DNA from: an uncultured delta proteobacterium
Lineage (GTDB): Bacteria; Desulfobacterota; Binatia; Binatales; Binataceae
DNA length: 64,000 nt
Reading direction: 5' to 3'
Assembly (NCBI GenBank): GCA_963842215.1
Contig: CAWJFQ010000010.1
Span: 581,350-645,349, forward strand
The translations under genes and the position numbers were made by a program. This document shows, piece by piece, positions 1 to 11,103 of the stretch. Each line of letters opens with the position of its first letter. Positions within the stretch are counted from its first letter, which is position 1. Under the pieces are notes generated by a model. That model was not told the origin of the DNA. It ran no database searches and saw nothing but the letters and a program-made list of their open reading frames with translations.

Positions 1-1900
1 CGCGCACGTTTTCCGACAGGCCCTGGATTCCGGGCCGCAGCCGGCAGGTGTCGCGTACTATCAGGTCGACTTTCACACCCGCCTGCGACGCACGATAAAG
101 CGCACGCGTTATATCGACGTCCTCGAGCGCATTCATCTTGAACTGAATCAGGCCCGGCGCCGCGGGCGTGCTGGCTTTGATTTCGCGCTCGATTCGCGCC
201 AATAGCGCGCGCTTGAGCACGGTAGGAGCGGGCAGAATCTTGCGATAGGGACGATCGGGCATATAACCGGTCGTCAGGTAGTTGAACAACTCGGTCAGGT
301 CCTCGCCGATGGTACCGTCGCAGGTCAGTAGTCCGAAGTCGGCATAGAATCGCGCCGTCACCGGATGATAGTTGCCGGTGCCGATGTGCGCGTAACGCCG
401 CAGGCCGTTGTAATCCTGGCGAATGACCAGGATAACCTTGCTGTGAGTCTTAAGGCCGACGACGCCGTAGGTTACGTGGATGCCGAATTCCTCGAGCCGG
501 GTGGCAAACTGAATGTTCGCGGCTTCGTCGAAGCGCGCCTTCAGCTCGACCACCACCGCCACCTGCTTGCCGTTGCGCGCGGCGTCGCACAGATAGCCGA
601 TGATCTTCGAATCCGGCGAAGTCCGATAGAGAGTCATCTTGATGGCGCGGACTTTCGGATCTTCCGCTGCTTCGCGCAAAAATCGCTCGACCGAGGTCGA
701 GAACGACTCGTAGGGATGCAGCAGCAGGAACGAGCCCGCGTCGCGAATGACGTGAAAGATACTGCGGCCGACGGTGAGGCGCGGGTGATCTACAGGATGA
801 TGGGGCGGATCGTGCAGGGCAGGCTCGTCGATCGCCGCCAGCTCGCCGAGGTCGCGCATGCCGAGAATGCCGTCGACTTCGAAAACGTCGGCGCGCTCGT
901 CCAGACCAAGCTCTGCCGCCAGCATCCCGCGATGGACAGGATTGATTCCGGCCATCACTTCGAGCCGCACGATTGGCGCGAACCGGCGATCGCGCAGCTC
1001 GGATTCGATCAGCGCCAGCAAGTCGTCGGCCTCGTCCTCGTCGCGCTCGGTGTTGGCGTTGCGGGTTACGCGGAAGAGCTCGAAAGAGTCGATCAGCATC
1101 GAGGGAAACAGCAGATCGAGATTGTTGGCGACCACGTCCTCGAGCCGCACAAAATCACTTTGATTGCCGACCCGGAGAAAGCGCGGAATGCCGAAGCCGA
1201 TCGGCACTTTCACCCGCGCCATCAGCGGGTCCGAGTCGTTCTGGTAACGCGCCGTGACCAGCAGGTTGAGCGACAGATTAGAGACGAATGGGAACGGATG
1301 CGCCGGATCCATCGCTTGCGGCGTTACCAGCGGGAAAATGTTCTTGTAGTAATACTCGCGAATCGACTTGCGCTCGGCTTCCGACAGACTGGCATAGAGA
1401 CGCACGCGAATGCCGTGGTTTTCGAGCTGGCGGAGGATCTGCGGGCCAAGCTCACGCTGCCGCTGCTCGAGCTCGCGCACCACCTGGTAACATTCCGCGA
1501 TTTGCTGCTGCGGTGAGCGTCCGTCGACCGTCAGCTCGTGCATCCCGGCGACGACCTGCTGCTTGAGGCCGCCGATACGCTTCATGAAAAACTCGTCGAG
1601 GTTGGAGGCGGTGATAGCCAGGAACTTTAGGCGTTCGAGCAGCGGATTTCGTTCGTCTTCGGCTTCGTGCAGAACGCGTCGATTGAAGGCGAGCCAGGTG
1701 AGCTCGCGATTGAGAAACAGGTCGGGCGAAGCGAGGTCCTTGTCGATGTGCGGCGGCGGCGCTTTCTCGATCGCTGAAACGGGAGTATCGACAATATCAG
1801 TCACGACCGGCGAGACTGCCGCGACTCCATTTCGAGGCGCCGGCGCCTCCGCAACCGCGGTCGAGGCAACTATTCCGGGACTGTCTGCCTGATTCGCCAT
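1..1900 (-). CDS. ppk1: Polyphosphate kinase 1 (3' end beyond window edge)
   Basis: Manual minus-strand translation from ATG at 1900: LFLNRELTWLAFNRRVL...LERLKFLAITASNLDEFFMKR, LLLHPYESF, ELKARFDEAANI, GLKTHSK, HIGTGNY. Missing from the ORF track because there is no stop in the window. Confidence 0.95.
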   Translation of the reverse strand, partial: MANQADSPGIVASTAVAEAPAPRNGVAAVSPVVTDIVDTPVSAIEKAPPPHIDKDLASPDLFLNRELTWLAFNRRVLHEAEDERNPLLERLKFLAITASNLDEFFMKRIGGLKQQVVAGMHELTVDGRSPQQQIAECYQVVRELEQRQRELGPQILRQLENHGIRVRLYASLSEAERKSIREYYYKNIFPLVTPQAMDPAHPFPFVSNLSLNLLVTARYQNDSDPLMARVKVPIGFGIPRFLRVGNQSDFVRLEDVVANNLDLLFPSMLIDSFELFRVTRNANTERDEDEADDLLALIESELRDRRFAPIVRLEVMAGINPVHRGMLAAELGLDERADVFEVDGILGMRDLGELAAIDEPALHDPPHHPVDHPRLTVGRSIFHVIRDAGSFLLLHPYESFSTSVERFLREAAEDPKVRAIKMTLYRTSPDSKIIGYLCDAARNGKQVAVVVELKARFDEAANIQFATRLEEFGIHVTYGVVGLKTHSKVILVIRQDYNGLRRYAHIGTGNYHPVTARFYADFGLLTCDGTIGEDLTELFNYLTTGYMPDRPYRKILPAPTVLKRALLARIEREIKASTPAAPGLIQFKMNALEDVDITRALYRASQAGVKVDLIVRDTCRLRPGIQGLSENVR

Positions 1901-2086
1901 AAACTCGTTGGTTCCCATCCACCACCCCCATCCACCCCAGCATTGTAGCCGCCCTCGCGGTCAATTGCCTATCCTCGGCGAGTATTGCTCAATAAATGAG
2001 TATTTCCGCCATGTTATCGGCTTTCGATTTGTTCTTGACGCGTCGATTGTGCGATTCTGCGGACTGAAGTTTGGTCCGGTGGCACC

Positions 2087-3274
2087 ATGAATAACTACTT
2101 GTACGAGGTCGCAAAGCGGCTGATTGCGTTCGACACGGTCAGCGCGAAAAGCGATCGCGACGCGATGGAATACCTCGCAAGCGAGCTCGTGCGGCGCGGA
2201 TTCAGAACCGCGCTGCAGCCAGTCGAGCTGTTCGGCGTCTCGCAGGCGAACCTGGTCGCATGGGCCGGACCGCCGCGGGCAGATGGTCTGATAATTTCCG
2301 GACACGTGGACACCGTTCCTTATGATGGGCAGCCCGGATGGGAGCGCGAGCCGCTCAAGCTCGAACGTGAGGGCGAGCGAATCTACGGCCGCGGCACCAC
2401 CGATATGAAGGGGTTCATCGCGCAATGCCTCGACGCGGCGCACACGCTCGAGAGCTCCAGGCTCAAGCGGCCGCTGGTATTCGTATTTACCGCGAGCGAG
2501 GAAATCGGATGCCTCGGTGCTCATAGCGTCGCACCGGCGCTCAAGCAAATCCTGGGCGAGACGCCGGTGCCGCAGCTGGCGTGGATTGGAGAACCGACGT
2601 CCTGGGGAGTCGCCCATGCGCACAAGAGCATCGTGTCGTTCGGCGTAACCGTTCGCGGGCTCGGTGGGCATAGCGGTGCGCCAGCCAAGGGCGTCAATGC
2701 GATCGCGGTGATGGCGCGAGTCATGGACACCATCGGGCGCTATCAGCAGGAGCTGACGGCGCGCCGGCCGCCGAAATATGCAGAGATTTTTCCCGACGCG
2801 CCGTGCGACGTGCTGAATTTCGGAACGGTGCACGGCGGAATCGCGCTCAACATGATTGCCGAGGAGTGCAAGCTGCGCGTTAGCTATCGCACGCTGCCCG
2901 ATACCGATCCGCTCGACGTATATCGTGAGATCGAGCGCCGCATTGGCGCGCTGGACGGGTTCGATTACGCCGGCCGCGAACATCGCGCGCAAATTGAAAC
3001 CGCTCTGATGAACATAGTGCCACCCCTCGATTCACCGCGCGGGACGGCTCTGGAAGCCGCTCTATTCGAGGTCACCGGCGCGAATACATCGGGCGGCGCG
3101 CTCTACGGCACCGACGGGGCATGGTTTACGGGGTCGGGTATCACGTCGCTAATCTGTGGTCCGGGCGATCTCGAGCAAGCGCATCAGCCCAACGAACACA
3201 TTCGGCGCGACGCGTTCGAACGCGGCACCGCGATGATTCACAAAGTGATCGAGCGGCTGTGCTGCGCTGCCTGA
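2087..3274 (+). CDS. argE: Acetylornithine deacetylase (M20 family)
   Basis: SGHVDTVP, GRGTTDMKGF, SEEIGC, IGEPT, GGHS and AHQPNE motifs. Confidence 0.85.
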   Translation: MNNYLYEVAKRLIAFDTVSAKSDRDAMEYLASELVRRGFRTALQPVELFGVSQANLVAWAGPPRADGLIISGHVDTVPYDGQPGWEREPLKLEREGERIYGRGTTDMKGFIAQCLDAAHTLESSRLKRPLVFVFTASEEIGCLGAHSVAPALKQILGETPVPQLAWIGEPTSWGVAHAHKSIVSFGVTVRGLGGHSGAPAKGVNAIAVMARVMDTIGRYQQELTARRPPKYAEIFPDAPCDVLNFGTVHGGIALNMIAEECKLRVSYRTLPDTDPLDVYREIERRIGALDGFDYAGREHRAQIETALMNIVPPLDSPRGTALEAALFEVTGANTSGGALYGTDGAWFTGSGITSLICGPGDLEQAHQPNEHIRRDAFERGTAMIHKVIERLCCAA

Positions 3275-3275
3275 G

Positions 3276-4019
3276 CTACTGAACTGAAATAGGTATACGG
3301 ACCTCGAACGACGACGGGATCGCGACGCCGTTCTTTACCGCCGGGAAGAACTTCCACTGCTTGAGCGTGTCGAGCAGCACCTGGTTGAGGCGCGGACTGG
3401 AAGTCGGCTTCTCGAGCGTGACTTCGCTGGTACCGTCGAACGACACGTTGAAGCGCGCGACCGCTTCGGTCTGGATGACGTCCTCGCGCAGATCGTCGGG
3501 TATCACCGGGGTCGGCGCGTAAATCGCCCGCGCGCCGACATTGTCGGTACCGATGCCGCCGCCGGAACCTTCGCCCGTTTCCGAACTGCTCTCACCGCTC
3601 TCCGACTCACTGCCCGCGGCAGGCCCCGGCGGCGCCTCGACACCCGGCGCAGCAGTGGATTTCTCGGTGCCGTAGGGGGACCGAATCACCGGCGGCAGCG
3701 GCGCAGCCTTCTTGGCGGGAGCGACCGGGTGAGGCTTCGGTGCAGCCTTGGGATGAGGAATCGCGGGCGCCGTCGGATGAATCGCACCGCCATTGCCCTG
3801 CAGGCCGCCGACTTCCTTGGGTATCTCGACCAGTTGCGCCTCGATCGGCTTGGTCTCAGCCTCCGGCATCACCGTCGTGCGCATCAAGATGAGCGAAAAT
3901 GCACTCAACAAAATCGCCCAAATCGCGATTGCCGCGGGTATAATCCACAGCAGGCGCCGCGCCGGGTCGTCCAACTCGGGCGGTCGCATCGCGATTGGGG
4001 CTGCGCTGGACACGGTCAA
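3276..4019 (-). CDS. tonB: TonB energy transducer
   Basis: N-terminal TM helix, Pro/Lys-rich linker and TonB_C domain (LKQWKFFPA); lies directly after exbD. Confidence 0.85.
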   Translation of the reverse strand: MTVSSAAPIAMRPPELDDPARRLLWIIPAAIAIWAILLSAFSLILMRTTVMPEAETKPIEAQLVEIPKEVGGLQGNGGAIHPTAPAIPHPKAAPKPHPVAPAKKAAPLPPVIRSPYGTEKSTAAPGVEAPPGPAAGSESESGESSSETGEGSGGGIGTDNVGARAIYAPTPVIPDDLREDVIQTEAVARFNVSFDGTSEVTLEKPTSSPRLNQVLLDTLKQWKFFPAVKNGVAIPSSFEVRIPISVQ

Positions 4020-4414
4020 TGTTTCACGGCGATAAGAAATTTCTCGACGCCCGCGCGCCGCGCCTGGATCATCGCCTCAACCACCGTCCCTTCCGGCGCG
4101 TCGGTGTCCGCATTGACTACCACGCCCAGGTCGTTGGTCTTGAGCATAGGCTTGAGCAGGAACGCCAGTTGGTCGAGGGTGGTTGGTGTCTTGTCAATGA
4201 AGATGTGGCTGTCGTGCGTTACCGTGAGCGTGATCGGCTCCTGATGCTCCATCGATTCAGCGTTGCCCTTGGGCAGATTGACGGCGATCGAGTTGAGACT
4301 CTGCATCGAGAGCGAGGCGAGCATGAAGGTCACCAGCAGGAAAAACATCACGTCGATCATCGGGATGATCTCGATTCGCCCGTGACGAAAATTCCGCGCT
4401 CGTTGAATTTTCAT
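4016..4414 (-). CDS. exbD: Biopolymer transport protein ExbD
   Basis: IEIIPMIDVMFFLLVTFML motif; start MKIQR at 4414 overlaps the exbB stop. Confidence 0.93.
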   Translation of the reverse strand: MKIQRARNFRHGRIEIIPMIDVMFFLLVTFMLASLSMQSLNSIAVNLPKGNAESMEHQEPITLTVTHDSHIFIDKTPTTLDQLAFLLKPMLKTNDLGVVVNADTDAPEGTVVEAMIQARRAGVEKFLIAVKH

Positions 4415-5082
4415 CGCGCTACCGCCGCTGGGCGCGGGCCGTGCGCAGCTTCGCCACCTTCCTGGTCGAGGCGTATGTGATCGACGAGCCGCGAGCCCAG
4501 CCGCTCCATGGTGTCGAGCGATTGCGACTGCTTGCGTGAAAAAAAGTTGAAAGCGAACAGCGCGAGCACCGCGATCAGCAATCCCAGGGCGGTGGCAATC
4601 AGCGCCTGCGCGACGCCCGCCGTCACTTGCGTCGGCGCGACCAGCGTCGACGAGCCGATCACGTTGAACGATTGCATCATGCCCGTGATGGTGCCGAGCA
4701 GTCCGAGCAGGGGAGCCGCGGTGACGATAGTCTCGAGCACCCAAAGTCCGCGCGCGAGGGTTTTTTCGATCCGCCCGGCCTCATCGCCGGCCCTGGATTC
4801 GACCCACCACGCGGGCTGGTTGCGATTGTCGGCGATCACTTGAAGGAAGCGTCCGTACGCGTTGCGCGGTCCGAGCTGTTTCAAATGTTTCTCGAGCTCG
4901 ACCCACGAAAATCCGAAGGTCTCGATCAGGTCCGCGACTGACGCCGGCATCCGCAGGCATCGGGCATAAAGCACGGCACGGTCGATGATAATTGCGACTG
5001 CCAGCACGCCCAGCACCAGCAGCGGATAAACCATCGCGCCGCCGAACTTCAGCGCCTGCCACGCTACTGCTAGTTCCTGCAT
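4411..5082 (-). CDS. exbB: MotA/TolQ/ExbB proton channel
   Basis: AAPLLGLLGTITGMM and ALIATALGL motifs; AAGGAG SD upstream. Confidence 0.93.
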   Translation of the reverse strand: MQELAVAWQALKFGGAMVYPLLVLGVLAVAIIIDRAVLYARCLRMPASVADLIETFGFSWVELEKHLKQLGPRNAYGRFLQVIADNRNQPAWWVESRAGDEAGRIEKTLARGLWVLETIVTAAPLLGLLGTITGMMQSFNVIGSSTLVAPTQVTAGVAQALIATALGLLIAVLALFAFNFFSRKQSQSLDTMERLGSRLVDHIRLDQEGGEAAHGPRPAAVAR

Positions 5083-5162
5083 TACTCAGTTCTCCTTACG
5101 AGTGGACGCCCTGATTCTCCGTCCAGCCGGCGTCAGATAGGGGGCCGGGGCCGCGGCTAGTT

Positions 5163-5181
5163 GATAATAATAACCATTATC
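5163..5181. promoter_or_regulatory. Fur box upstream of exbB-exbD-tonB
   Basis: GATAATAATAACCATTATC matches the Fur consensus GATAATGATAATCATTATC at 17/19; extended palindrome TTGATAAT-N7-ATTATCAA at 5161-5183. Confidence 0.85.
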
Positions 5182-5255
5182 AATGTTGAGTTCGAGGTTT
5201 GTTTTGTCAGGCGAAGCTGACCTGATCCACAGACGCCGGGCGCGTGAGTTACGTT

Positions 5256-7658
5256 TCACGGCGTCTGCGTGCTCGCGGGCTTGGTGAACGGAAATTCATA
5301 CTTTATCCCGCCGTATAGCGCGCGGCGGGGGCCGAATTGATTGGCAAACACGCCGATTCCGGTGCCGTTTCGAACGAGGTAAGTGTGATCGGCCAGGTTC
5401 ACGATGGCACCGCGAAATTCCAGCACGCCGCCATTGTTAGGTACAGGCACACGCTTGGTGATGCCGGCGTCGACCTGAATATAGAACGGCAGATTTCCCG
5501 TATTCGCGAATCCGCTTCTCAAGCCGCTGCCGTATATTCCATCGATGCTGAACATCCATCCGAGCCAGTTGTAGACGGCGCCGGCGGAATTAGTGAAGGT
5601 CTGGTCGTGATCGAGAAAGACATAGTGACTGCTGATGTACTTCAGTTCGTCCGGCGCGAAGTTGAATTGGCCGGATTCCACCTGCGTGCCCTGCGCGACG
5701 CTGTAGGCGAAGTTATTGTAGGCGTAGAAGCCCTCGTGACTGTATGAGCCCGTGAACTCGACGCCCCAGACGCGTCCCTTGTTGTAGTTGAAAGTTTCGA
5801 AGATAAGCGCCGGCCCGAACTGCCCTTCGTCGATCAGGTCGGACGCTTTCTTGTAATAGGAGTCGATGCCGACGTTAAGTCCCGGAATGAGCTCCTGGGT
5901 CACGCCGGCGTCAAACAAATGGTCGCGCTCGACGGTCGGAGTGCCGTTTCCTTTGGATGGAGGCGCGCCGGTCGTGTCTTCGAGCTGCTTGATATCGCCG
6001 ACCGACACCAGTTCGGTCTCGGGTGGCGTCATCTGGCGGGCATAGCCTGCGTGCAGCGTGGTGCTCTTGAACAGCTTGTATTCGAACGCAGCGCGGGGAC
6101 TGGCCTGGTCCGCCCGAACCAGCCCGTCGTACAGATCGAAACGGACGCCGTAGTTGAACGTCAGCTTTTTGGTCAGCTTCCATTCGTCCTGGATATAGCC
6201 GCTGTAAATCCAGGTCTGCAGCGCGAGGTCGTCGACGAACGATTCCGGCGTGGTTAAAGGCGTTCCGCCGACGATTTTGAACGTCGACTCGTGATTGTCG
6301 ATTTCGGCGCGCTCGGCGTCGAAATATCCGCCAAGGCGAAACGTATGATCGGCAATTCCATGATACGCCGTGTCGAGCTGAAAACCGTTGCCCCAGTCGC
6401 TGCGAAACACTTTCGCCGCAGCGCCATTGTAGATCAGGTCGCCGGTGTGATCGGGATTGAAGGTAACCGCTGAGTAACGGCTGAAGGGCGCGATTTGGTA
6501 ATCGATATTCTCACCGACCGTTCCCTGCAGTGCCAGCACGTTGAAGTAGTTCTGCTCGAACTGATTGTCGCGCACTTTTGCCGACGGATAGACTGGCACG
6601 CCCGCCAGCGCGAAAACCTGCGGCTGATTCGGGTTCGCCGGAATCTGAAAGTGATTGATCGCGGTTCCGGAGATCAGGCTCAGCCGGGTGGTCGAATTTA
6701 TAAAGTATGAAAAGTAGCCAAAGCCCGCGCCCTGGTTGCTGGTATCGTGAATCGCGGTGGGGCCGGACGTCGGCGGCTCGACCCCGCGATCGGTGCCGTA
6801 ATACTGGCCCGTCACGAAGTAGCTGAAGTTGCCGCTCGACCCGCCGTACTCGAAGCTGGGCTCAGTCGTTCCACGTTGGCCGCCGTAGAAGTCCACGTCG
6901 GCCAGATTGTCCAGCAGCCCATCCTTGGTCTTGATGTCGATGACTCCTGCCGTCCGCAGGCCGTACTCAGCGGGCAGCGCTCCAGTCAGCAGGCTGATCG
7001 ATTGGGCGAAACGCGGGCTCAGCACCTGTCCGAAGCCGGTGATGCCCTCGGGGAGCTGGACCCCGTTTATCCGGTACTGAAGATTGGCGTGGTCACCGCG
7101 CACGTGAAGCTGCCCGTAGGAATCCTGCGCGACGCCGGGCGCCTGCAGTATCACCTGGTTAAGCGGCGTGTTCGCGCCTTGCGGCAAGGAGTGGATCGCT
7201 TGCTGAGTGAACGTGTATTTGCTGCCACCGGTGTCGGGCGCCAGCGAGTTGCGCGACTGGTTAAGACGCGTCGCCGCGACCTTCAGACTGACTTCCTTCT
7301 CGGCTTCCATGGCGAGCACAATCGGCGCAGCACCTTTAGCCGAGACCGATACGATCGAAGTCGCCGTTTTGAATCCATCCTTGGTCGCAACGACCGCGTA
7401 GGTGCCGCGCCCTACGTTAAACGAGAACTCGCCCGCATCGTTGCTCGACGCATGCGCCACAACTCGCCCGCTCGATCCCTGAATCGACAGGGCCGCTTGC
7501 TTGATCGGTCTGCCGAGAGCGTCCTTCACCACGCCGGTGATTCGATATTTCTTTGTAGTCGTCGAGGTCCTCACGTTAGCCGCTACTGCCGGCATGCAAA
7601 CAGCCAGTTGAAGCATGAAACCGGCAAGCGAGATCCTCCCAAACAAACTCATTCGCAT
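5256..7658 (-). CDS. TonB-dependent receptor with N-terminal carboxypeptidase-regulatory-like domain
   Basis: Signal peptide, ITGVVKDALGRPI domain, plug (LHVRGDH...YRINGV), barrel ending GGIKYEF; GGAG SD before ATG 7658. Confidence 0.92.
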   Translation of the reverse strand: MRMSLFGRISLAGFMLQLAVCMPAVAANVRTSTTTKKYRITGVVKDALGRPIKQAALSIQGSSGRVVAHASSNDAGEFSFNVGRGTYAVVATKDGFKTATSIVSVSAKGAAPIVLAMEAEKEVSLKVAATRLNQSRNSLAPDTGGSKYTFTQQAIHSLPQGANTPLNQVILQAPGVAQDSYGQLHVRGDHANLQYRINGVQLPEGITGFGQVLSPRFAQSISLLTGALPAEYGLRTAGVIDIKTKDGLLDNLADVDFYGGQRGTTEPSFEYGGSSGNFSYFVTGQYYGTDRGVEPPTSGPTAIHDTSNQGAGFGYFSYFINSTTRLSLISGTAINHFQIPANPNQPQVFALAGVPVYPSAKVRDNQFEQNYFNVLALQGTVGENIDYQIAPFSRYSAVTFNPDHTGDLIYNGAAAKVFRSDWGNGFQLDTAYHGIADHTFRLGGYFDAERAEIDNHESTFKIVGGTPLTTPESFVDDLALQTWIYSGYIQDEWKLTKKLTFNYGVRFDLYDGLVRADQASPRAAFEYKLFKSTTLHAGYARQMTPPETELVSVGDIKQLEDTTGAPPSKGNGTPTVERDHLFDAGVTQELIPGLNVGIDSYYKKASDLIDEGQFGPALIFETFNYNKGRVWGVEFTGSYSHEGFYAYNNFAYSVAQGTQVESGQFNFAPDELKYISSHYVFLDHDQTFTNSAGAVYNWLGWMFSIDGIYGSGLRSGFANTGNLPFYIQVDAGITKRVPVPNNGGVLEFRGAIVNLADHTYLVRNGTGIGVFANQFGPRRALYGGIKYEFPFTKPASTQTP

Positions 7659-7763
7659 CGCAAGCTCCCATTCGTTCAAGGTCCCCGCGCCTTTCGGACG
7701 CGATCGGCGCCGCGCGAATCATCGCGCGCACCAGAAGAAAACGGATGTCTCGGAAAAGGGGGC

Positions 7764-8099
7764 TTAGAGCGATACGGGCGGAGCACGAACGCGCGCAGCA
7801 GAAAGCGCCGGCGACTCGGAACGGCTCGGGGCGGCAATGAAGACAACCTCCGCGACTGCCGGACTGCTCGCAAGCGTCACCGTCGAAGCGACCGAGCCGG
7901 GTGAATGCAATGCAAGCTGGCAAACCGGACAGAATCCCGGGTCGGCGCTCAGCGCCGAGGTTAGCAGGCCATCACGCGAAACCGCGCTCTCATGAAAATG
8001 CGCGACGCCAATCAGCTGGGAAACGAGAATCAGCGCCGCGCCAAAAATCGCGATCACGCGCGCGGCCCGTCTCCCGCTCTTATGCAACCTGGGTATCAT
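7764..8099 (-). CDS. DUF2946-like upstream regulatory protein (signal/TM, HFH, CPVC, C-terminal RAPP)
   Basis: 111 aa; hydrophobic N-terminus, AHFH, CPVCQ, Pro/Ala/Ser-rich linker, ends RVRAPPVSL; 105 nt upstream of the TBDR. Confidence 0.8.
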   Translation of the reverse strand: MIPRLHKSGRRAARVIAIFGAALILVSQLIGVAHFHESAVSRDGLLTSALSADPGFCPVCQLALHSPGSVASTVTLASSPAVAEVVFIAAPSRSESPALSAARVRAPPVSL

Positions 8100-8206
8100 C
8101 GCACCGTTGTCCCGGCCGGAAGGGCCCGACCGAGACTCCACGATGATCGAGCGTGCCGCGCGACAACCAGATGTGTCAAGCGCTCCAGGACATCGAGGCA
8201 ACTAGC

Positions 8207-8518
8207 TCATCGCGACGGTCGCTTCACTCTTGCGGCCCGCGTGGCTGGGCGGTAGACGAAGTCGATCAAATAGACATTTTCGCCCGGCCCATGTTTGGCC
8301 ACCTTCAAAAGATTGATGACACCTGAAAAACCCGAGCGTCTTGCAAGTTCGGGCGTGACATCTGCCAGCGTGATCCGCTGAATCGAGGTCACTTCAATGA
8401 ATCCTCGATCCAGCCGGTACCGACCGCCGACTCTGACATGCGGCCGACGCCATATCCGGACGCTACAGGTGACCTCGCCCCGCATGATCGGTTCCCGCAG
8501 TCGCTTGGTGAATACCAT
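8207..8518 (-). CDS. ASCH/PUA-like domain protein
   Basis: PIMRGEVTCSVRIWRRPHVRVGGRY and LARRSGF resemble the ASCH GxKxxxxR/W pattern. Confidence 0.65.
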   Translation of the reverse strand: MVFTKRLREPIMRGEVTCSVRIWRRPHVRVGGRYRLDRGFIEVTSIQRITLADVTPELARRSGFSGVINLLKVAKHGPGENVYLIDFVYRPATRAARVKRPSR

Positions 8519-8554
8519 CAGCCACAGGCAAGCCCTTGTTCGGTTTGCCCCGGC

Positions 8555-10050
8555 CTACGCCTTCAGCCAATCGACACTCTGCTCGTACGCATACGCGATT
8601 TTCAGCGGTGTCGAATCCTCGAAGTGCCGCCCGACGATCATCAGTCCCACCGGAAGCCCATTGGATTTCGCGCACGGCACGCTAATCGCCGGGTGTCCGC
8701 TCATGTCGAACGGCGCGGTATTAGTGATCATCGAGTAGGGCGCTTGCGCGTCGAGGCGATGCGCCTTCATCGGCGTCGATGGCATCACCAGCGCATCGTA
8801 CTCACCAAGGGCAGCGTCGTATTTCGCCGTCAGCAAATGCCGATAGCTTTGCGCCTTAGCATAAAACTTTCCGTGATAGCGCTCGCGCAACAAGTTTCCG
8901 AACACCAGCATGAACTTGACCGTCAGCGCGAGATCGTTCGCGCGCTCAGGAAACCGCTGCCCGAAGTGGGCGGCAAGCTCCGGCATGTACGCGCCCGTGT
9001 GATGCGTGCCGTGCAGATTCGTCCGCGCCAACATCGCCATCCCTTCAGGCACGATCGCGTAGAGCACGTCGGAGGCATTTTGATGCTCCGGAATCGAAAT
9101 CTCGGTCGCACGCGCACCGAGTTTGCCTAGCGCCGCGATCGCACGATTCACAGCAGCGTTCACGTCGTCCTGCGCGCCCGCCTGCTTAAAGCCTTCGCGT
9201 ACGACTCCCAGCTTGATTCCGGCGAGCGACTTGCCGAGCGCCTCGCGATACAGGGCGGTCGTCACTTCGCGCTGGCGCGGATCAAGCGGATCTTTGCCCG
9301 CGAGCACCTCGAGCAGCAATGCGACATCGCTGACGCTGCGAGCCATGGGGCCAACATGATCAAGCGACGGGTCGATGCTCATCACGCCCGTGTACGGCAC
9401 GAGGCCGTAGGTTGGCTTGATCCCAACCACACCTGACCATGATGCGGGAATTCTGATCGAGCCGCCCTGGTCGGTGCCGATCGTCATAGTCGATGTCGTC
9501 ATAGTAGAGCGCCGCGCGCCGAGCCGCAGGATGAACCGCCCGCGCAGTATTCGGGATTGTGCGGATTGCGTGACGGACCATATAAGCTGGTGAGGCCGTC
9601 GCCCGACAGCGCGAAGTCGTCCATGTTCAGGGTCGCGACGATCTCCGCGCCCGCATCGAGCATCCGCGTGACGATTGTCGCGTCGCTCGTCGGCGACGTG
9701 GCCCTTGCAGCACCGACGAGCCGCCGCTGGCCGGAATGCCAGCGACACATACGCTGTCCTTCACTCCGACGCTCTTGCCCTTCAACTGTCCGCTCGCCGC
9801 GCCCTTGATGACGCATCGCGTGACGATTGCGTTGAGCGGATCATCTTCGCAGAGGGCCGGACACCCGCTTTGCGATCGCGGATAGCGCGTCGCCGAGTCT
9901 GCGGCGCCTGCTGCAATCGCATCGATCTGCTCGAGATCGCCATCTGCGCGGGCATCATGCGTCGAGCGCTGCGACTTCGCCGGCAGTCAGCTCGATATGG
10001 TTCGCGCGCGCGATGCGCTTCATCTTCTGCGTGTGGAATTCGAATGCCAT
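8555..10050 (-). pseudogene. Amidase-signature family amidase, multiply frameshifted
   Basis: Fragments in three frames: DATIVTRMLDAGA, NPHNPEYCAGGSSCGS, GTDQGGSIRIPASWSG, GLPVGLMIVG. Could be a pseudogene or indel errors. Confidence 0.8.
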
Positions 10051-10053
10051 CGG

Positions 10054-11094
<1,041 letters not shown>

Positions 11095-11103
11095 CGCCGT
11101 CGC

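Noticed and set aside
365-1516. 383-aa plus-strand ORF
   Set aside because: Antisense shadow of ppk1 with no recognisable motifs; typical of GC-rich DNA.
4415-4744. N-terminal extension of the ExbD ORF in the track
   Set aside because: Lies inside exbB in another frame; the real start is 4414.
6747-7904. 385-aa plus-strand ORF
   Set aside because: Antisense to the TBDR and uORF; no motifs.
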